Of a stretch of 64,000 nucleotides of DNA, positions 63,257-64,000 are shown one piece after another. The notes under the pieces are model-generated. The model did no database searches and had not been told where the DNA came from. It saw only the letters and a list, made by a program, of their open reading frames with translations. Position 1 is the stretch's first letter; every line of letters starts with the position of its first letter. A program made the translations under genes and the position numbers. This DNA is from Octopus bimaculoides. Lineage: Eukaryota. Location of the stretch: contig NC_068981.1 of the NCBI RefSeq assembly GCF_001194135.2, positions 65,649,524 through 65,713,523 of the forward strand. Reading direction: 5' to 3'.

Positions 63257-64000
63257 ATATTGTTCATGACAAACTGCAATAAAATGCCATTATAGGTTCG
63301 AATATCTCGCAAATTTATTTGAAGTGGTCTTAAGTTTGTTTACTCTCTATCACTGCTTTTCACATCAACTCAGAATTTAATAAGATTGTTTTAATTTATA
63401 CAATATTAATATTCTTGTTACCTGTTTTAGACATGTCTAAATTCTATGTATTGACATCACTTTTTACATTTTTAATAAATTTACATCAAAGTTTTTGGTG
63501 TTCAGAAGCGTGCCTGTAAAACCTACAATATGCCTGTCTGAGGTTATTGTAAGCATTTTTCTGAAGACCAAAACTTTTATCATCAGACATGTCAGGGTTT
63601 GGTACTCAAACAGAACAAGCCATGTATCAGTCAACCTGCTGAAAATAGCAGCCAAAATTCTTTTAAAATCACACCCTTCAATATAGATAACATTGAAAAA
63701 TGTAATTCCTGATGGACTAGAAATCGTTTCATCATAGATCTTGAGTATGACTCATCTGTGCCTACACAATATCACTATTTATTTCAAGCTACTGAAAGAA
63801 GACCTCTGCTGTGGTGCACAATCCACTCGATACAGCAACCTAATTTCTTTCAAATCACATCCTTTCATCTTAAATTAGAAAAGGATACATTGGAAAATGC
63901 CATTCTATATACAGTCCTAATATATATGGATGCCTTTGTTAAGGTGTGTATATAGTGTATGTGTGTATGTGTATGTATGTATGTGTATGTATGTGTGTAT

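Noticed and set aside
63464-63955. ORFs near the window end as a possible upstream dynein exon
   Set aside because: No dynein-like sequence in the minus-strand frames I read; parts match the old family E repeat.

Overview
AT-rich, gap-containing animal genomic DNA. The SINE/RTE repertoire and microsatellite load suggest a coleoid cephalopod such as Octopus (inference). The window holds the 3' part of one large minus-strand gene, an axonemal outer-arm beta-type dynein heavy chain (DNAH9/11/17 family). I traced 33 exons by hand from 62740 to the stop at 1841, about 2735 codons covering AAA1-AAA6, the stalk/MTBD and the C-terminal domain. All visible splice sites are GT-AG and the phases are consistent; one exon end is lost in an N gap, and the N-terminal ~1750 aa lie beyond the window. 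The introns are filled with repeats: several tRNA-derived SINE families (some nested, with clean TSDs), RTE, CR1/L2-type, Hero-like, Penelope-like and Gypsy remnants, a full-length dead mariner, and MITEs. The most interesting signals are: (i) a structurally complete type I hammerhead ribozyme in the sense of the dynein pre-mRNA, with only the catalytic G12 changed to A, inside a 320-bp-period repeat; (ii) a 107-bp intronic fold-back and an inverted SINE pair that are candidate ADAR substrates; (iii) an intronic CpG-rich cluster of YY1/NRF1/ETS-like motifs; (iv) a perfect 31-bp TIR element; (v) a variable-number 66-bp double-hairpin unit in the 3' UTR of the RTE-related repeat. Repeat boundaries are approximate unless a TSD or TIR is given.
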